Positions 1 through 10,394 are shown, numbered from the stretch's first letter. The stretch is 64,000 nucleotides of DNA from an uncultured Pseudomonadota bacterium (GCA_963794625.1 CAWCEU010000009.1:228523-292522); one strand, 5' to 3'. The notes: generated by a model from the letters alone, not told the origin. Translations and numbers: made by a program.

Positions 1-1
1 G

Positions 2-445
2 CAGGTGACCAAGATCGCCACCCTGCTTGATGTGCCGGAGCAGGATGTGGTGAACATGAATCGCCGCCTCTCCTCGCCGGACAATTCCCTCAACGCCCCC
101 ATCAAGATGGATGGCGAGGGTGAGTGGCAGGATTGGCTGGTGGACGACTCCGACAGCCAGGAAACCGAGATGGCCGAGCGCGAGGAGCTGACCGGCCGCA
201 AGGCCCTGCTGGCCAACGCGCTGAAGACCCTCTCCGAGCGCGAGCGCCATATCCTGGTCGAGCGCCGGCTGAAGGATAACCCGACCACGCTGGAAGACCT
301 CTCCCAGCATTACGACATCTCGCGCGAGCGCGTGCGCCAGATCGAGGTGCGGGCCTTCGAGAAGCTGCAGAAATCCATGAAGGCCCAGGTGGTGGAGCAG
401 CGCCAATCCGCCAGCGCCAACGCCGCCGCCTTGCAGCTCAACTAG
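2..445 (+). CDS. rpoH: RNA polymerase sigma-32 factor RpoH, C-terminal part (5' end lies outside the window)
   Basis: Translation contains VVNMNRRLSSPDNSLNAPI...GEWQDWLVDD and the region-4 helix-turn-helix ISRERVRQIEVRAFEKLQ typical of alphaproteobacterial RpoH. The ORF runs from the window edge; stop TAG at 443-445. Confidence 0.8.
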   Translation, partial: QVTKIATLLDVPEQDVVNMNRRLSSPDNSLNAPIKMDGEGEWQDWLVDDSDSQETEMAEREELTGRKALLANALKTLSERERHILVERRLKDNPTTLEDLSQHYDISRERVRQIEVRAFEKLQKSMKAQVVEQRQSASANAAALQLN

Positions 446-484
446 GGCCCTAACCCAGACTGAAAAAAGCCTGGGCTGAAAACG

Positions 485-517
485 AAAACCGGGGCCAAAA
501 GCCCCGGTTTTTTGTTT
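485..517. terminator. Bidirectional rho-independent terminator between convergent rpoH and dksA
   Basis: AAAACCGGGGC-CAAAA-GCCCCGGTTTTTTG: GC-rich 9-bp stem flanked by an A-tract on one side and a T-tract on the other. Confidence 0.75.
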
Positions 518-933
518 CAGTCGTCCCGGTGAACCCGCTCCATCCGCTCATGGCGCTCCTGCGCCTCAATGGAGAGTGTCGCGATAGGCCGGGCCTCCAG
601 CCGCTTCAACCCGATCGGCTCGCCCGTTTCCTCGCAATAGCCATAGGTCCCGGTTTCGATGCGCTCCAGCGCCTGGTCGATCTTGCCGATCAGCTTGCGG
701 GCCCTATCGCGGGTGCGCAGCTCCAGCGCCCGGTCAGTCTCCACGCTCGCGCGGTCGGTGATGTCAGCTTCCAGGATTCCCCCTTCGCCGAGCGAGGCCA
801 GGGTGCCATTGGCCTCCTTCACCAGATCCCCCCGCCAGCGAAGCAATTTCTGGCGGAAATACTCGGTCTGCATCGGATTTATAAACTCTTCGTCTTCCGA
901 TGGCCGGTAATCCGGTGGCAACGAAATCAGCAT
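517..933 (-). CDS. dksA: RNA polymerase-binding transcription factor DksA (variant with only one Cys of the usual C4 zinc finger)
   Basis: 138 aa; coiled-coil region and C-terminal motif GYCEETGEPIGLKRLEARPIATLSIEAQ, homologous to the DksA/TraR C4 region but with a single Cys. ATG at 933, stop TGA at 517-519. Confidence 0.8.
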   Translation of the reverse strand: MLISLPPDYRPSEDEEFINPMQTEYFRQKLLRWRGDLVKEANGTLASLGEGGILEADITDRASVETDRALELRTRDRARKLIGKIDQALERIETGTYGYCEETGEPIGLKRLEARPIATLSIEAQERHERMERVHRDD

Positions 934-1234
934 GCCGTCAGATCCTTAAATCCGTCGGGCCGGGTCCTGTTACCCGTCCCCTTTGTGTTTGTGCGGGCTT
1001 ATAGCGATGCCCAGGGAACAAGCCAAGGCCGCGCGGTTTCCCGCAACGGCGCGGTAGCGGGTTTTTTCGGTCCGTGGCATGAAGGGGCCAAAAAGGTGAA
1101 GGATCGATGACAAACCCGGCCGCTGGCAAAGCTTCAACCCCCCTCTCCGCGGAAACGATCCGTTACGAAACCCTTGCGCCACGCCCGGTCTCCGGCGGAA
1201 TCGGGCCACAGATGCGCCTTAATGCTGTTGCTGA

Positions 1235-2017
1235 ATGACGGGCATGAACATCGACCCCCGCTTCTTCTCAGAGGCTGATCCCGCGCCCGGCACCCCGCTG
1301 ATCTCGGTGGTGGTGCCGGTGCATAACGAGGCCCCGAACCTGCAGCCGCTGATCTCCGCCATCAGCACGGCGCTGGCCGGCACCGAGCATGAGATCGTCT
1401 ATGTGGACGATGGCAGTTCGGACGCCACCCCGCAGGTCCTGGCCGGGATCGCCCAGACCCTGCCCACGCTGATACGCGTGCGCCATAGGCAGAGCTGCGG
1501 GCAGAGCGGTGCTGTCATCACCGGGGTGAAATCCGCCCGCGGCACCTATATCGCCACGCTGGACGGTGACGGCCAGAACGACCCCGCCGACATCCCCGCC
1601 ATGCTGGAGGCCATGCGCGAGGCCGAGGCAAAAGGCCCGCGCCCGGTGCTCATCGCCGGGCACCGCGTCAACCGGCAGGATTCCAACGCCAAGCGCTACG
1701 GCTCGCGCCTCGCCAACAAGGTCCGCGCCTGGGCGCTGAAGGACGCCACGCCGGATACGGGCTGCGGGCTGAAGCTGTTCCGCCGCCAGGCCTTTCTGGA
1801 ACTGCCGCATTTCGACCATATCCACCGCTTCCTGCCGGCCCTGTTCATCCGCGCCGGGGGGCAAGTGGTCTCGGTACCGGTGCGCCACCATGCCCGCGCG
1901 CATGGCGCCTCGCATTACAATAACTGGCAGCGCCTGAAGGTCGGCCTGGTCGATCTCGCGGGCGTCGCCTGGCTGCAACGCCGTTGGAAGGTACCGCAAA
2001 TCGAGGGCCGGGAATGA
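1235..2017 (+). CDS. Family 2 glycosyltransferase, polyprenyl-phosphate sugar transferase type (ArnC/GtrB-like)
   Basis: N-terminal ISVVVPVHNEAPNLQPLI...VYVDDGSSDAT (GT-A fold DXD region); 260 aa; ATG 1235. Confidence 0.8.
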   Translation: MTGMNIDPRFFSEADPAPGTPLISVVVPVHNEAPNLQPLISAISTALAGTEHEIVYVDDGSSDATPQVLAGIAQTLPTLIRVRHRQSCGQSGAVITGVKSARGTYIATLDGDGQNDPADIPAMLEAMREAEAKGPRPVLIAGHRVNRQDSNAKRYGSRLANKVRAWALKDATPDTGCGLKLFRRQAFLELPHFDHIHRFLPALFIRAGGQVVSVPVRHHARAHGASHYNNWQRLKVGLVDLAGVAWLQRRWKVPQIEGRE

Positions 2018-2691
2018 GCAAAAACAGGCCGCGCGCCGTTACCGCCACGAATGGCGCCGCCAAGGCTCTGAAACCGGCCTTGATGGCGGGCGGGCTGATC
2101 GCCGTTGCCGCCACCCTGCCCCTGATGGGCCATGGCGCGGCGGAGACCACTCTCACCGCCACCCTCGCCGAAGGCGGCCTGCGCGGGCAAACCGTTTTCC
2201 TGCTGCTCTCCACCTTCCTGGTGGCCATCGGCCTGCCGCGCCAGATCCCCGCCTTCGCCGCCGGTTACGCCTTCGGCCCCTGGTACGGCACCATCATCGC
2301 CCTGGTGGCGCAGGTGCTGGCCTGCAGCCTGGATTTCATCTGGGCCCGCGCCATCGCGCAGGATTTCTGCCGCCGCAAATTCGGCGCCAAGCTGGCCTGG
2401 ATCGACCGCACCCTGGCCCGCCATCCCTTCACCGCCACGCTGATGCTGCGGCTCATGCCGGTGGGCAATAATCTGCTGCTGAACCTGGCGGCCGGGCTTA
2501 CCTCCGTGCGCATGCTGCCCTTCCTGGCGGCCTCGGCTATCGGTTTCATCCCGCAAACGCTGGTTTTCGCCCTGCTGGGCAAGGGCAGCGCGCCGGACCA
2601 TGCGCATCTGCTGCTGCTGGGCGGCGCCACTTTCCTCGCCTCCGCTCTGCTGGGGCTGCTGTTGCTGCGCAGGAACCGCGCCGCCATATAG
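2014..2691 (+). CDS. DedA/TVP38/SNARE-associated family inner-membrane protein
   Basis: Multi-TM protein with the DedA-type GYAFGPWYGT...LMLRLMPVGNNLLLNLAAG motif. ATG at 2014 overlaps the stop of the preceding glycosyltransferase by 4 nt, suggesting an operon. Confidence 0.7.
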   Translation: MSKNRPRAVTATNGAAKALKPALMAGGLIAVAATLPLMGHGAAETTLTATLAEGGLRGQTVFLLLSTFLVAIGLPRQIPAFAAGYAFGPWYGTIIALVAQVLACSLDFIWARAIAQDFCRRKFGAKLAWIDRTLARHPFTATLMLRLMPVGNNLLLNLAAGLTSVRMLPFLAASAIGFIPQTLVFALLGKGSAPDHAHLLLLGGATFLASALLGLLLLRRNRAAI

Positions 2692-2696
2692 GCGGC

Positions 2697-3938
2697 ATGC
2701 AAGGCGCCTCCCCTCACACCGGCCTGCGCTTTGGCGCCTTTGTCGCCACCATCGCGGTCATTCAGACCATCGTTGCCCTGGCCATAGACATGATGGTCCC
2801 CGCCCTGGGCGACATCGCCGCCGCCCTGCATCTGGGCACGGGCAATGCCAGGCAATGGGTCATCGCCAGCTTCGTCATCAGCTTCGGTCTCAGCCAACTC
2901 GTCTATGGGCTGGTGGCGGACAGGTTCGGCCGCAAGCCGGTGTTGATCCTGTCTCTCGGCCTGTACGCGCTTGGCAGTTTCTGCGCCGCCCTGGCCCCCA
3001 GCTTCACCACCCTGCTCGCCGCCCGCGCCTTGCAGGGTTTCGGCGCCGCCGGGGCGCAAGTGCTGGCCACCGCCATCGTGCGGGACCGCTATGCCGGGCG
3101 GCTGATGGCCAAGGTGAACTCGCTATCCTTCATGGTGTTTCTCTCCGCTCCCATCATCGCCCCCTGGCTGGGGCAAGAGCTGCTGAGCATCGCCCCCTGG
3201 CAGGCCATTTTCATCGCCCTCGGCCTCTATGCCGGGCTCACCGCCCTCTGGGTGCTCTGGCGCCTGCCCGAAACCCAGGCGGTGGAAGACCGCCGCCCGG
3301 TGGCCTGGAACAGCTTCCGCGCCGCCGCCTGGCAGACGCTGCGCAACCGCGCCTCGCTGGGTTACACGCTGGCGGCCATGCTGGTGCTGGGGGCTTGGCT
3401 GGGCTTCATCAATTCCGCCCAGCAAGTGTTCGCGGAGATATTCGCCGCCCCCAAACTCTTCCCGCCGGTTTTCGCCATCTGCTGCATCAGCATGGCCATC
3501 GCCGCCCTCATCAATGCCAGGCTTGTCGAGCGTTTCGGCATGCGCCGGCTCTCCCACGGCGCCATGCTGGGCTTCATCCTGGTGGCCCTGGCACAGGCCC
3601 TCACCGCCTTTGCCGGGCAGGACACGCTGGTGCATTTCGCCCTGCTGCAAACCATGATGATGTTCGGCTTCGGCCTGCTGGCCGGGAATCTCTCCGCCAT
3701 TTCCATGGAGCCGCTGGGCCATATCGCCGGTGCCGCCGCCGCCGTGCAGGGCTTCATCAACATGTTCGGTTCGGCGCTCATCGGCATCTTCATCGGCCTG
3801 CGGTTTGACGGCACGCTGCGTCCGCTGACCTTGGGGTTCTGCCTCTGCGGCATGCTGGGATTGGCGGTGATCGCCCTGGCCGAACGGGGGAAATTGTTTC
3901 AACCCCACCAGCCCCTGGCAGCGGACCAGGGCGTATAA
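2697..3938 (+). CDS. MFS transporter, Bcr/CflA drug-resistance subfamily
   Basis: 12-TM profile; FGRKPVLILSLGLYALGSFCAALAPSFTTLLAARALQGFGAAG is the MFS signature around TM3-4. Confidence 0.8.
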   Translation: MQGASPHTGLRFGAFVATIAVIQTIVALAIDMMVPALGDIAAALHLGTGNARQWVIASFVISFGLSQLVYGLVADRFGRKPVLILSLGLYALGSFCAALAPSFTTLLAARALQGFGAAGAQVLATAIVRDRYAGRLMAKVNSLSFMVFLSAPIIAPWLGQELLSIAPWQAIFIALGLYAGLTALWVLWRLPETQAVEDRRPVAWNSFRAAAWQTLRNRASLGYTLAAMLVLGAWLGFINSAQQVFAEIFAAPKLFPPVFAICCISMAIAALINARLVERFGMRRLSHGAMLGFILVALAQALTAFAGQDTLVHFALLQTMMMFGFGLLAGNLSAISMEPLGHIAGAAAAVQGFINMFGSALIGIFIGLRFDGTLRPLTLGFCLCGMLGLAVIALAERGKLFQPHQPLAADQGV

Positions 3939-4009
3939 GCCTCCACCGCATCCATACCCCGCGCGGCAAGGGCTGACTCCGTCAGCACCGCCCCGTCTTC
4001 ACGCCTGAT

Positions 4010-5293
4010 TTACTCCGCCGCCAGCCTCTGCTTCCTCTCCGCGGCCTCGTACGCATCAAGATAGCCCCGCACCATCTCCGCGCGCGTCGTCGGCGGCGTG
4101 ATCCCGCCGGCCAGCCTCCCCCACAACCCCTCTTCCATCACGGCGCGGCGCATCGTCTCCGCCAAGGCGCGGGCATCGCCCAGCTCGAACAGCAGCCCGT
4201 CCACGCCATCCCTCACCCGCTCCGCCGGGCCGCCTTTGTTGGAGGCGATGACCGGCCGGCCGAAATGCCAGGCTTCGGAGATCACCAGGCAATAAATCTC
4301 CCACCAGGTCGAGGGCACCACCACCCAATCCACCCGCCCCATCCGCGCCGCGAGCTGGCCATGATGATAACCGCCATTGAAGCTCACCCGTTGTTCAGAA
4401 ACCGGCCGCTCCGCCTCGCGCTCCAGAAACGCCTCGATCCGCTTGCGCGTCTGCGGTGTCGCGAAATGGATGTTCTCGCCGTTGATCTCGACCGCGAAAT
4501 CCTCAAACCCCTCCGCGCGCAGAATATCCACGGCCTCCAGCAGCACGGTCAGGCCCTTCACATCGATAAGCTGGCCGAAAAACCCGAACCGGTTGCGCCT
4601 TGCCGGCGCCAGGGCCTGCGCCGGTTTTGGTGGCATTTGCAAACCATTCGGCACATGCAGGAAACGTCCCGCATCCAGCCCCCAGTTTTCATAGAAGCCG
4701 GTCATGAAGCGGCTGGGCACGGTGAACAGATCCACCGCCTGCAAATGCGCCTTCATCCATTGTTCGCGCAGGAAGAACTCCTCCGGCAAACGCTGCGGCA
4801 GGCATTGATGGCAGCGCACCTGGCTGGCCTGTTCGCAGAGCGAGCCATCGGTTTTGCGCACCATATGCCCATCCGCGGCACAGATGGTCAGGAACTCATG
4901 CGCGGTGAATACAATGCGCGCTTGCGGCAAAACCCTTCGCGTCAGCGTCAGGTAATCAATGCCATAGGTCATGAAATGGTGGAAATGCACCACATCCGGA
5001 TCGATCTGCCGCAGGAACGCGGCAAATGCCTCCGCCTGCAAGGGAAGCGGCAATTTCTGCCAGACATAATCATAATCGCGCGAGAGAAACAGGAACTCAT
5101 TCTCCCGCTGATCAAACCCCGTGATGCGCGCCCCGCTCTTGAACATGGCGGGGGAATTCTGATCCGCCGAGCAGAGCAGCACCGGCTCCATCCCCGGCAC
5201 ATCCTTCAGCCCCTGGAACAGCTCATACGCCACCTGTTGCGAGCCGCCGCGCACCAGCTCGGGATGATACATGGCGATGATCAGGATTTTCAC
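4010..5293 (-). CDS. Family 1 (GT4) glycosyltransferase
   Basis: 427 aa; N-terminal MKILIIAMYHPELVRGGSQQVAYEL and C-terminal EAWHFGRPVIASNKGGPAERV (GT-B fold). Overlaps the upstream GT2-like gene by 4 nt. Confidence 0.8.
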   Translation of the reverse strand: MKILIIAMYHPELVRGGSQQVAYELFQGLKDVPGMEPVLLCSADQNSPAMFKSGARITGFDQRENEFLFLSRDYDYVWQKLPLPLQAEAFAAFLRQIDPDVVHFHHFMTYGIDYLTLTRRVLPQARIVFTAHEFLTICAADGHMVRKTDGSLCEQASQVRCHQCLPQRLPEEFFLREQWMKAHLQAVDLFTVPSRFMTGFYENWGLDAGRFLHVPNGLQMPPKPAQALAPARRNRFGFFGQLIDVKGLTVLLEAVDILRAEGFEDFAVEINGENIHFATPQTRKRIEAFLEREAERPVSEQRVSFNGGYHHGQLAARMGRVDWVVVPSTWWEIYCLVISEAWHFGRPVIASNKGGPAERVRDGVDGLLFELGDARALAETMRRAVMEEGLWGRLAGGITPPTTRAEMVRGYLDAYEAAERKQRLAAE

Positions 5294-6921
5294 GGCGCCG
5301 CCTCCGCCAGCGCCGCATGGCCTGGCGCGGGGCCGAGCAATGAACCGCTCACCAGCTCCATCCAGTTGCGGCTAAACAGCCAGCGATTCACCGCCGATGC
5401 CCCCTCATGCACCGGCTGGCGCGTGCTGCCCTTGCCCTCCAGATGGTAAAGCCGCAAATCCGCCAGCCAGGCGGGCCGCCCTGCCTCCAGGCTGCGCAGG
5501 CATAAATCCGCGTCCTCGTAATGGCCGAAGATATAATCCTGGGAAAATCCCTCCAGCGCCTCGAACCAGGCGCGGCGGGCGGAGATGAAGGCGCCGGTTA
5601 CCGCGGGCACAAGGCGGGGGCGCAGCAGCGCCTTGTCCTCCGGCGGCGCGCCCTTGCCGTAATGCTCCACGCGCAGAATGCTCACATCCTCCTTCTGCCC
5701 CAGCATGAATCCCGGCATGGTATCGGCCTCGAAATACATGCCCGCATGCATCAGCGAGCCGTCATCGTAATACAACGCCGCGCCGAACAGATCCGTGCGC
5801 GCGGCGGGCAATTCCTCCACCTGCGCCAGATGAAGCCGGGCGAATTCCGGCCCTTTCGGAAACACGTCCGGGTTCATGAAAATCAGCCGCTGGGTGCGGG
5901 CATAGGCGGCACCCAGATTATTCGCCGCCGCGAAACCGGCATTGGCCCCCAGCAGAACCAGCGTGATGTCCAGCCCATAGGTCAGCCGCGCGATGGCCGC
6001 TTCCCGCAGCAAAATCTCCGCCAGGGCCGGGCTGTTGCACACATAGATGAACTCATAATCCTCCGCCCCCTTCTGGCGCGCGAACAGGCCCTGCTGCAGG
6101 GCGAGGTATTCGGGCTTGCCATAAAGGCAGATAATCACAGAAGCTTTCGGCACCGGCCCGCTCTGGTGGAAGCGCTCGGCATAGGGCGCGCTCACCGCCC
6201 TTCGCGTCAGCATCTGGCTGAAATCGACAAGCTGCGTGCCGATGGCCTTGCCGATCACCGAAACCGCATTGAAATAGGCCGGCCCGGTATAATGCGAGGT
6301 CGCAAGGTGGTTCAGCACAACGCCGCGCAGCTCGATATCGTCCACCGGCTCGATCGTCACGATCAGGCTCAGCTCAGCGCCGGATTTCAGCCGCATCACC
6401 ACATTGCATTTGCCAATGGGCAGGCGTTGCGCCGCATAGATGAAGCCCCAGAACCCAACCGCATGCGGCCGGTGCAAGCCGATCACCTGCTCCGCATCGG
6501 GCCTGCGCACCCGCGCCAGACCGGCGGCAGAAAAGGCGATCGACCAGCCCGCGACGTAAAGCTCCACCGTATCCAGCCGGTCCAGCAGATCATTCACCCA
6601 GCCGGTGACGTACAACCCGCCGGAGGCGGAAAGCCTGATCGCATCCACGGCACCGGAGGGAACATGCGGCGCTTCCTCGGCCTGGCCAGGACGCGCGGTG
6701 ATGATGATCCTGTCACGCGGCAGGCCGCTCGGCGCCACCGCCAGCCTGCCTTCGGCACGGCCATAATGTTCGTAATGCTCCCGGCCCGAGCGGAATTTGC
6801 CTTCCGCCACCGCCACCAGCACATCCGGGTTGAGGCGCAGATAGGTCTCTTCGTCGAAATCCGGCAACGGCGCGGGCGGCGCCGGTGCCTCACCGGCCTT
6901 GCCTTTCGCTCCGTCCTTCAT
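5290..6921 (-). CDS. Family 2-like glycosyltransferase with an N-terminal extension
   Basis: 543 aa; central IICLYGKPEYL...YEFIYVCNSP...LLGANAGFAAANNLG and DXD-like EDADLCLR segments consistent with the GT-A fold; translationally coupled to the GT4 gene. Confidence 0.6.
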   Translation of the reverse strand: MKDGAKGKAGEAPAPPAPLPDFDEETYLRLNPDVLVAVAEGKFRSGREHYEHYGRAEGRLAVAPSGLPRDRIIITARPGQAEEAPHVPSGAVDAIRLSASGGLYVTGWVNDLLDRLDTVELYVAGWSIAFSAAGLARVRRPDAEQVIGLHRPHAVGFWGFIYAAQRLPIGKCNVVMRLKSGAELSLIVTIEPVDDIELRGVVLNHLATSHYTGPAYFNAVSVIGKAIGTQLVDFSQMLTRRAVSAPYAERFHQSGPVPKASVIICLYGKPEYLALQQGLFARQKGAEDYEFIYVCNSPALAEILLREAAIARLTYGLDITLVLLGANAGFAAANNLGAAYARTQRLIFMNPDVFPKGPEFARLHLAQVEELPAARTDLFGAALYYDDGSLMHAGMYFEADTMPGFMLGQKEDVSILRVEHYGKGAPPEDKALLRPRLVPAVTGAFISARRAWFEALEGFSQDYIFGHYEDADLCLRSLEAGRPAWLADLRLYHLEGKGSTRQPVHEGASAVNRWLFSRNWMELVSGSLLGPAPGHAALAEAAP

Positions 6922-6996
6922 GCCAACCTCCAGACAGCCCTGCCCGCCTTTGGCGGAAGCGTAACGTCATCACCCAGACGGCACAAGCAGAGGCGC

Positions 6997-7428
6997 TCAG
7001 CCCTTGGGCTTCGTGACCTCGTTCAGGAATCCGCCCACCAGCCCGGCCTGCTGGAAGCTGAAGGAGCAGGGCAGAATCGATCCGCGATCCACCGGATAAT
7101 GCAACCCGCTCAGCGCCAGATACATCCCGCCCGGCGCCAGCGTCACCGTCTGCCCGGCGGGAATGACAAGCTGGGTCAGCGCCTTGCCATCCTTGCCCAG
7201 CAGCACCGTGTTATCGGCGTCGGGGCAGCTCCAGCCGGTCAGCACGTCATCGGTCGGGCCGTCGTTATGGATCTGCAGAAACCCTTCGGTGGCGGTGTCC
7301 TTCTTGGAGGTCTGCCAGACGGAACCGCCATCCAGCCTTATATTGATGCTCGGCGTGGTGGTGGCGGCAAAAGCCGGCGCGGCGCCAAGCAGCAGAGAGG
7401 CAGCCAGCAACAGGTTACGAAACGTCAT
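6997..7428 (-). CDS. Periplasmic copper chaperone PCu(A)C-like (DUF461) with signal peptide
   Basis: 143 aa; signal peptide MTFRNLLLAASLLLGAAPAFA; beta-rich mature domain with conserved H/M positions (FLQIHNDG...MYLALSGLHYP). Confidence 0.5.
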   Translation of the reverse strand: MTFRNLLLAASLLLGAAPAFAATTTPSINIRLDGGSVWQTSKKDTATEGFLQIHNDGPTDDVLTGWSCPDADNTVLLGKDGKALTQLVIPAGQTVTLAPGGMYLALSGLHYPVDRGSILPCSFSFQQAGLVGGFLNEVTKPKG

Positions 7429-8084
7429 GCGAGGCTTTCATATTTTTCGAGTTTCCAGGAATCAGGCTCTTTTGCCGCGATCTCATACCACTCCGCAACC
7501 AGAGGATGCGCCCGCACTGCTTCGCAATAAGTCTTGGCCGTGCCGGAAAGCGGCGGCGCATAGGTAAGCAGCCGCGCCACCACCGGGGCATACATGGCAT
7601 CGGCGGCATTGAACCCGGCCCCGAACAGATACGGCCCGCCCGCGCCAAATTCCGCCCGCGTTTGCGCCCATAGCGCCTCGATGCGCGCGATATCGGCCAG
7701 GCTGTCCGGGGTCTGCCCCAGCCCGGCATAATCCGGGCGGCCAAGTACCATGGGCATCGCCAGGCGCAACCCCCTGAACCCGGCATGCATCTCGGCGGCG
7801 ATGGCGCGCGCCCGCGCCTTGGCAATGCGCTCAGCGGGCCACAAGGCGGGATTGATGTCGGCGCAATATTCCGCGATGGCGAGGCTTTCCCAGATCTTGG
7901 CGCCGTCATGCTCCAGATAGGGCACCAGCCCGCTTGGCGAGATTTTTTTCACCTCCGGCGAATTGCCGCCCGCCAACGGCACGAAAATCTCCTCCGCCCG
8001 CAGCCCGGAGAGCCGCACCAGCAGCCAGCCGCGCAGGGACCAGGACGAATAGCGCGCCGTTCCCAGATAAAGCCTTGCCGTCAT
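7425..8084 (-). CDS. Glutathione S-transferase family protein
   Basis: 219 aa starting MTARLYLGTARYSSWSLRGW (ATG at 8082-8084). The 582-aa ORF in the track is an upstream antisense extension across folP. 4-nt overlap with the PCu(A)C gene. Confidence 0.75.
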   Translation of the reverse strand: MTARLYLGTARYSSWSLRGWLLVRLSGLRAEEIFVPLAGGNSPEVKKISPSGLVPYLEHDGAKIWESLAIAEYCADINPALWPAERIAKARARAIAAEMHAGFRGLRLAMPMVLGRPDYAGLGQTPDSLADIARIEALWAQTRAEFGAGGPYLFGAGFNAADAMYAPVVARLLTYAPPLSGTAKTYCEAVRAHPLVAEWYEIAAKEPDSWKLEKYESLA

Positions 8085-8180
8085 TCCGCGCCCCTCCTCG
8101 CCGGGCGCGCATAGCAAGGGCACAGAGTATCGGGGCTGGCAAGGCTGGCACAGGCCATGCGCCGCATGATAGGGGCGGGC

Positions 8181-9023
8181 ATGGCGCTTCAAGTAACGGA
8201 ATGGGCGGGGTTGCGGCTGCACAGGCCGCTGGTGATGGGTATTCTGAATGTCACGCCGGATTCCTTCTCCGATGGCGGGCTGCATGTCAGCCCCGCGGCC
8301 GCCATCGAGGCAGGACGGCGCATGCTGGCGGATGGAGCCGATATTCTGGATATTGGCGGAGAGAGCACCCGCCCCGGCGCCGAAGCGATTCCAGTCAATT
8401 TGGAAATTGACCGGATCACGCCGGTCATCCGCGCCTTGGCGGCGGAGGGGGCGGTGATTTCCCTGGATACCCGCAACGCCGAAACCATGGCGGCGGGCCT
8501 GGCGGCGGGTGGAAAAATCGTGAACGATATTTCCGCTCTCACGCATGACCCTGACGCCTTGCCCCTGGTGGCGCAGCGGGCCTGCCCGGTGGTGCTGATG
8601 CATATGCGCGGCACCCCGGCAACGATGAATGACCGCGCCATCTACCAAGATGTGGCGCAAGAGGTGGCAGCCGAACTCACCGCCGCGCGGGATGCCGCGC
8701 TGGCGGCGGGGGTGAAGCCGGAACATATCTGCCTGGACCCCGGCCTTGGTTTCGCCAAGCGCGGGGCGCAGAATGTGGAACTGCTGAAGGCCGCGGCGAA
8801 ACTGGCCGTGCTGGGCCACCCGCTGCTCATCGCGCTGTCGCGCAAGCGCTTTCTGGGCGAGATTTCCGGCCAGACAGACGCCGCGAAACGTGACCCGGAA
8901 AGCCTGGCCGCCGCAATCTATGCCGTGACGCAAGGGGCGCATATATTGCGGGTGCATGACGTGGCCGGGACCATACGGGCCCTGCGCGTCTGGCAGAGAC
9001 TGACTGAGAGAGATGATGGATAA
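8181..9023 (+). CDS. folP: Dihydropteroate synthase
   Basis: [18 protein letters not shown] pterin-binding motif. Candidate ATGs at 8157, 8166 and 8181; 8181 has an AGGGG Shine-Dalgarno. Stop overlaps the glmM start. Confidence 0.85.
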   Translation: MALQVTEWAGLRLHRPLVMGILNVTPDSFSDGGLHVSPAAAIEAGRRMLADGADILDIGGESTRPGAEAIPVNLEIDRITPVIRALAAEGAVISLDTRNAETMAAGLAAGGKIVNDISALTHDPDALPLVAQRACPVVLMHMRGTPATMNDRAIYQDVAQEVAAELTAARDAALAAGVKPEHICLDPGLGFAKRGAQNVELLKAAAKLAVLGHPLLIALSRKRFLGEISGQTDAAKRDPESLAAAIYAVTQGAHILRVHDVAGTIRALRVWQRLTERDDG

Positions 9024-10386
9024 AAAGCCCCAACGCCGCCTGTTCGGCACTGACGGGATTCGCGGCACCGCCAACACTGCGCCGATGACCGCCGAAATCG
9101 CGCTCAAGCTCGGCCAGGCGGCCGGGCTGCTCTTCACCAGGGGCGACCATAGGCACCGCGTGATCATCGGCAAGGATACCAGGCTATCCGGCTATATGCT
9201 GGAACCAGCGCTGACGGCGGGCTTCGTCTCGGCGGGCATGAACGTAACGCTGGCGGGCCCCCTGCCCACCCCGGCCATTGCCATGCTCACGCGCTCCTTG
9301 CGGCTGGATCTCGGCGTTGTCATCTCCGCCTCGCATAACCCGTATGAGGATAACGGCATCAAGCTCTTCGGGCCGGATGGCGCCAAGCTTTCCGACGAGA
9401 CCGAAGCCGAGATCGAGGCGCTGATGGCGGAGGATCTCTCCGACCGCATGGCCCCGCCCGGCAAATTGGGGCGCGCCGCGCGGCTGGTGGATGCCGCCGG
9501 GCGCTATATCGAGGCGGCGAAATTCTCGCTGCCGCGCGGGCTGAGGCTGGATGGCTTGCGCATCGTGCTGGATTGCGCCCATGGCGCCGCCTACAAGGTG
9601 GCCCCCGCCGCTCTGTTCGAGCTCGGCGCCGAGGTGATACCCCTGGGCGTCAGCCCGGATGGGTTCAACATCAACCGCGAGGCCGGTTCCACCGCGCCGA
9701 AAGCCCTGTGCGAGGCCGTGCTGGAGCATGGCGCGGATATCGGCATCGCGCTGGATGGCGACGCGGACCGGGTGATTTTGGCCGATGAGCGCGGCGAGAT
9801 CATCGATGGCGACCAGATTCTCGGCCTGATCGCGCGGGATATGGCGGAAGCGGGGCATTTACGCGGCGGCGGCATTGTCGCCACCGTCATGAGCAATCTC
9901 GGGCTGGAGCGGTTTCTGGCCGGGCTGGGCCTCGCCCTCGCCCGCACCAAGGTTGGCGACCGCTATGTGGCGGAAGCGATGCGCACCCAGGGCTTCAATC
10001 TGGGCGGCGAGCAATCCGGCCATGTAATCCTCTCGGATTTCGCCACCACCGGCGATGGCTTGGTGGCGGCGTTGCAGGTGCTCTCCGTGCTGGTGCGCTC
10101 AGGCAAGCGCGCCTCCGAGGCGTGCCGGGTTTTCGCGCCGCTGCCGCAGCTTCTGCGCAATGTGCGTTATCGCGGCGCCTCGCCGCTCAGCCTGCCGCAT
10201 ATCCAGGCCGCGATCGACACCGCCGCCGCGCGGCTGGCGGGCACCGGGCGGGTGCTGATCCGCGCCTCGGGCACCGAACCGCTGATCCGCGTGATGGCGG
10301 AGGGTGAGGATTCGGCGCTGATCGACGAGATCGTGGATGGTTTATGCGTCCAGATCGCCCAGGCCACGGCGCAAGCCGCGGAATGA
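9013..10386 (+). CDS. glmM: Phosphoglucosamine mutase
   Basis: [13 protein letters not shown]-terminus and active-site [14 protein letters not shown] (phosphoserine loop); 457 aa. Confidence 0.9.
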   Translation: MMDKKPQRRLFGTDGIRGTANTAPMTAEIALKLGQAAGLLFTRGDHRHRVIIGKDTRLSGYMLEPALTAGFVSAGMNVTLAGPLPTPAIAMLTRSLRLDLGVVISASHNPYEDNGIKLFGPDGAKLSDETEAEIEALMAEDLSDRMAPPGKLGRAARLVDAAGRYIEAAKFSLPRGLRLDGLRIVLDCAHGAAYKVAPAALFELGAEVIPLGVSPDGFNINREAGSTAPKALCEAVLEHGADIGIALDGDADRVILADERGEIIDGDQILGLIARDMAEAGHLRGGGIVATVMSNLGLERFLAGLGLALARTKVGDRYVAEAMRTQGFNLGGEQSGHVILSDFATTGDGLVAALQVLSVLVRSGKRASEACRVFAPLPQLLRNVRYRGASPLSLPHIQAAIDTAAARLAGTGRVLIRASGTEPLIRVMAEGEDSALIDEIVDGLCVQIAQATAQAAE

Positions 10387-10394
10387 GGAAAGGC

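Noticed and set aside
1040-1067. Terminator-like CCCGC-N12-GCGGG-TTTTTT on the plus strand upstream of the GT2 gene
   Set aside because: Only a 5-bp stem with a 12-nt loop, so it is weak and has no upstream plus-strand gene; could be chance.
8085-9173. Upstream 363 codons of the 582-aa ORF 7425-9173
   Set aside because: It is antisense to folP. The GST homology begins only at MTARLYLG (8084), which has its own ATG.
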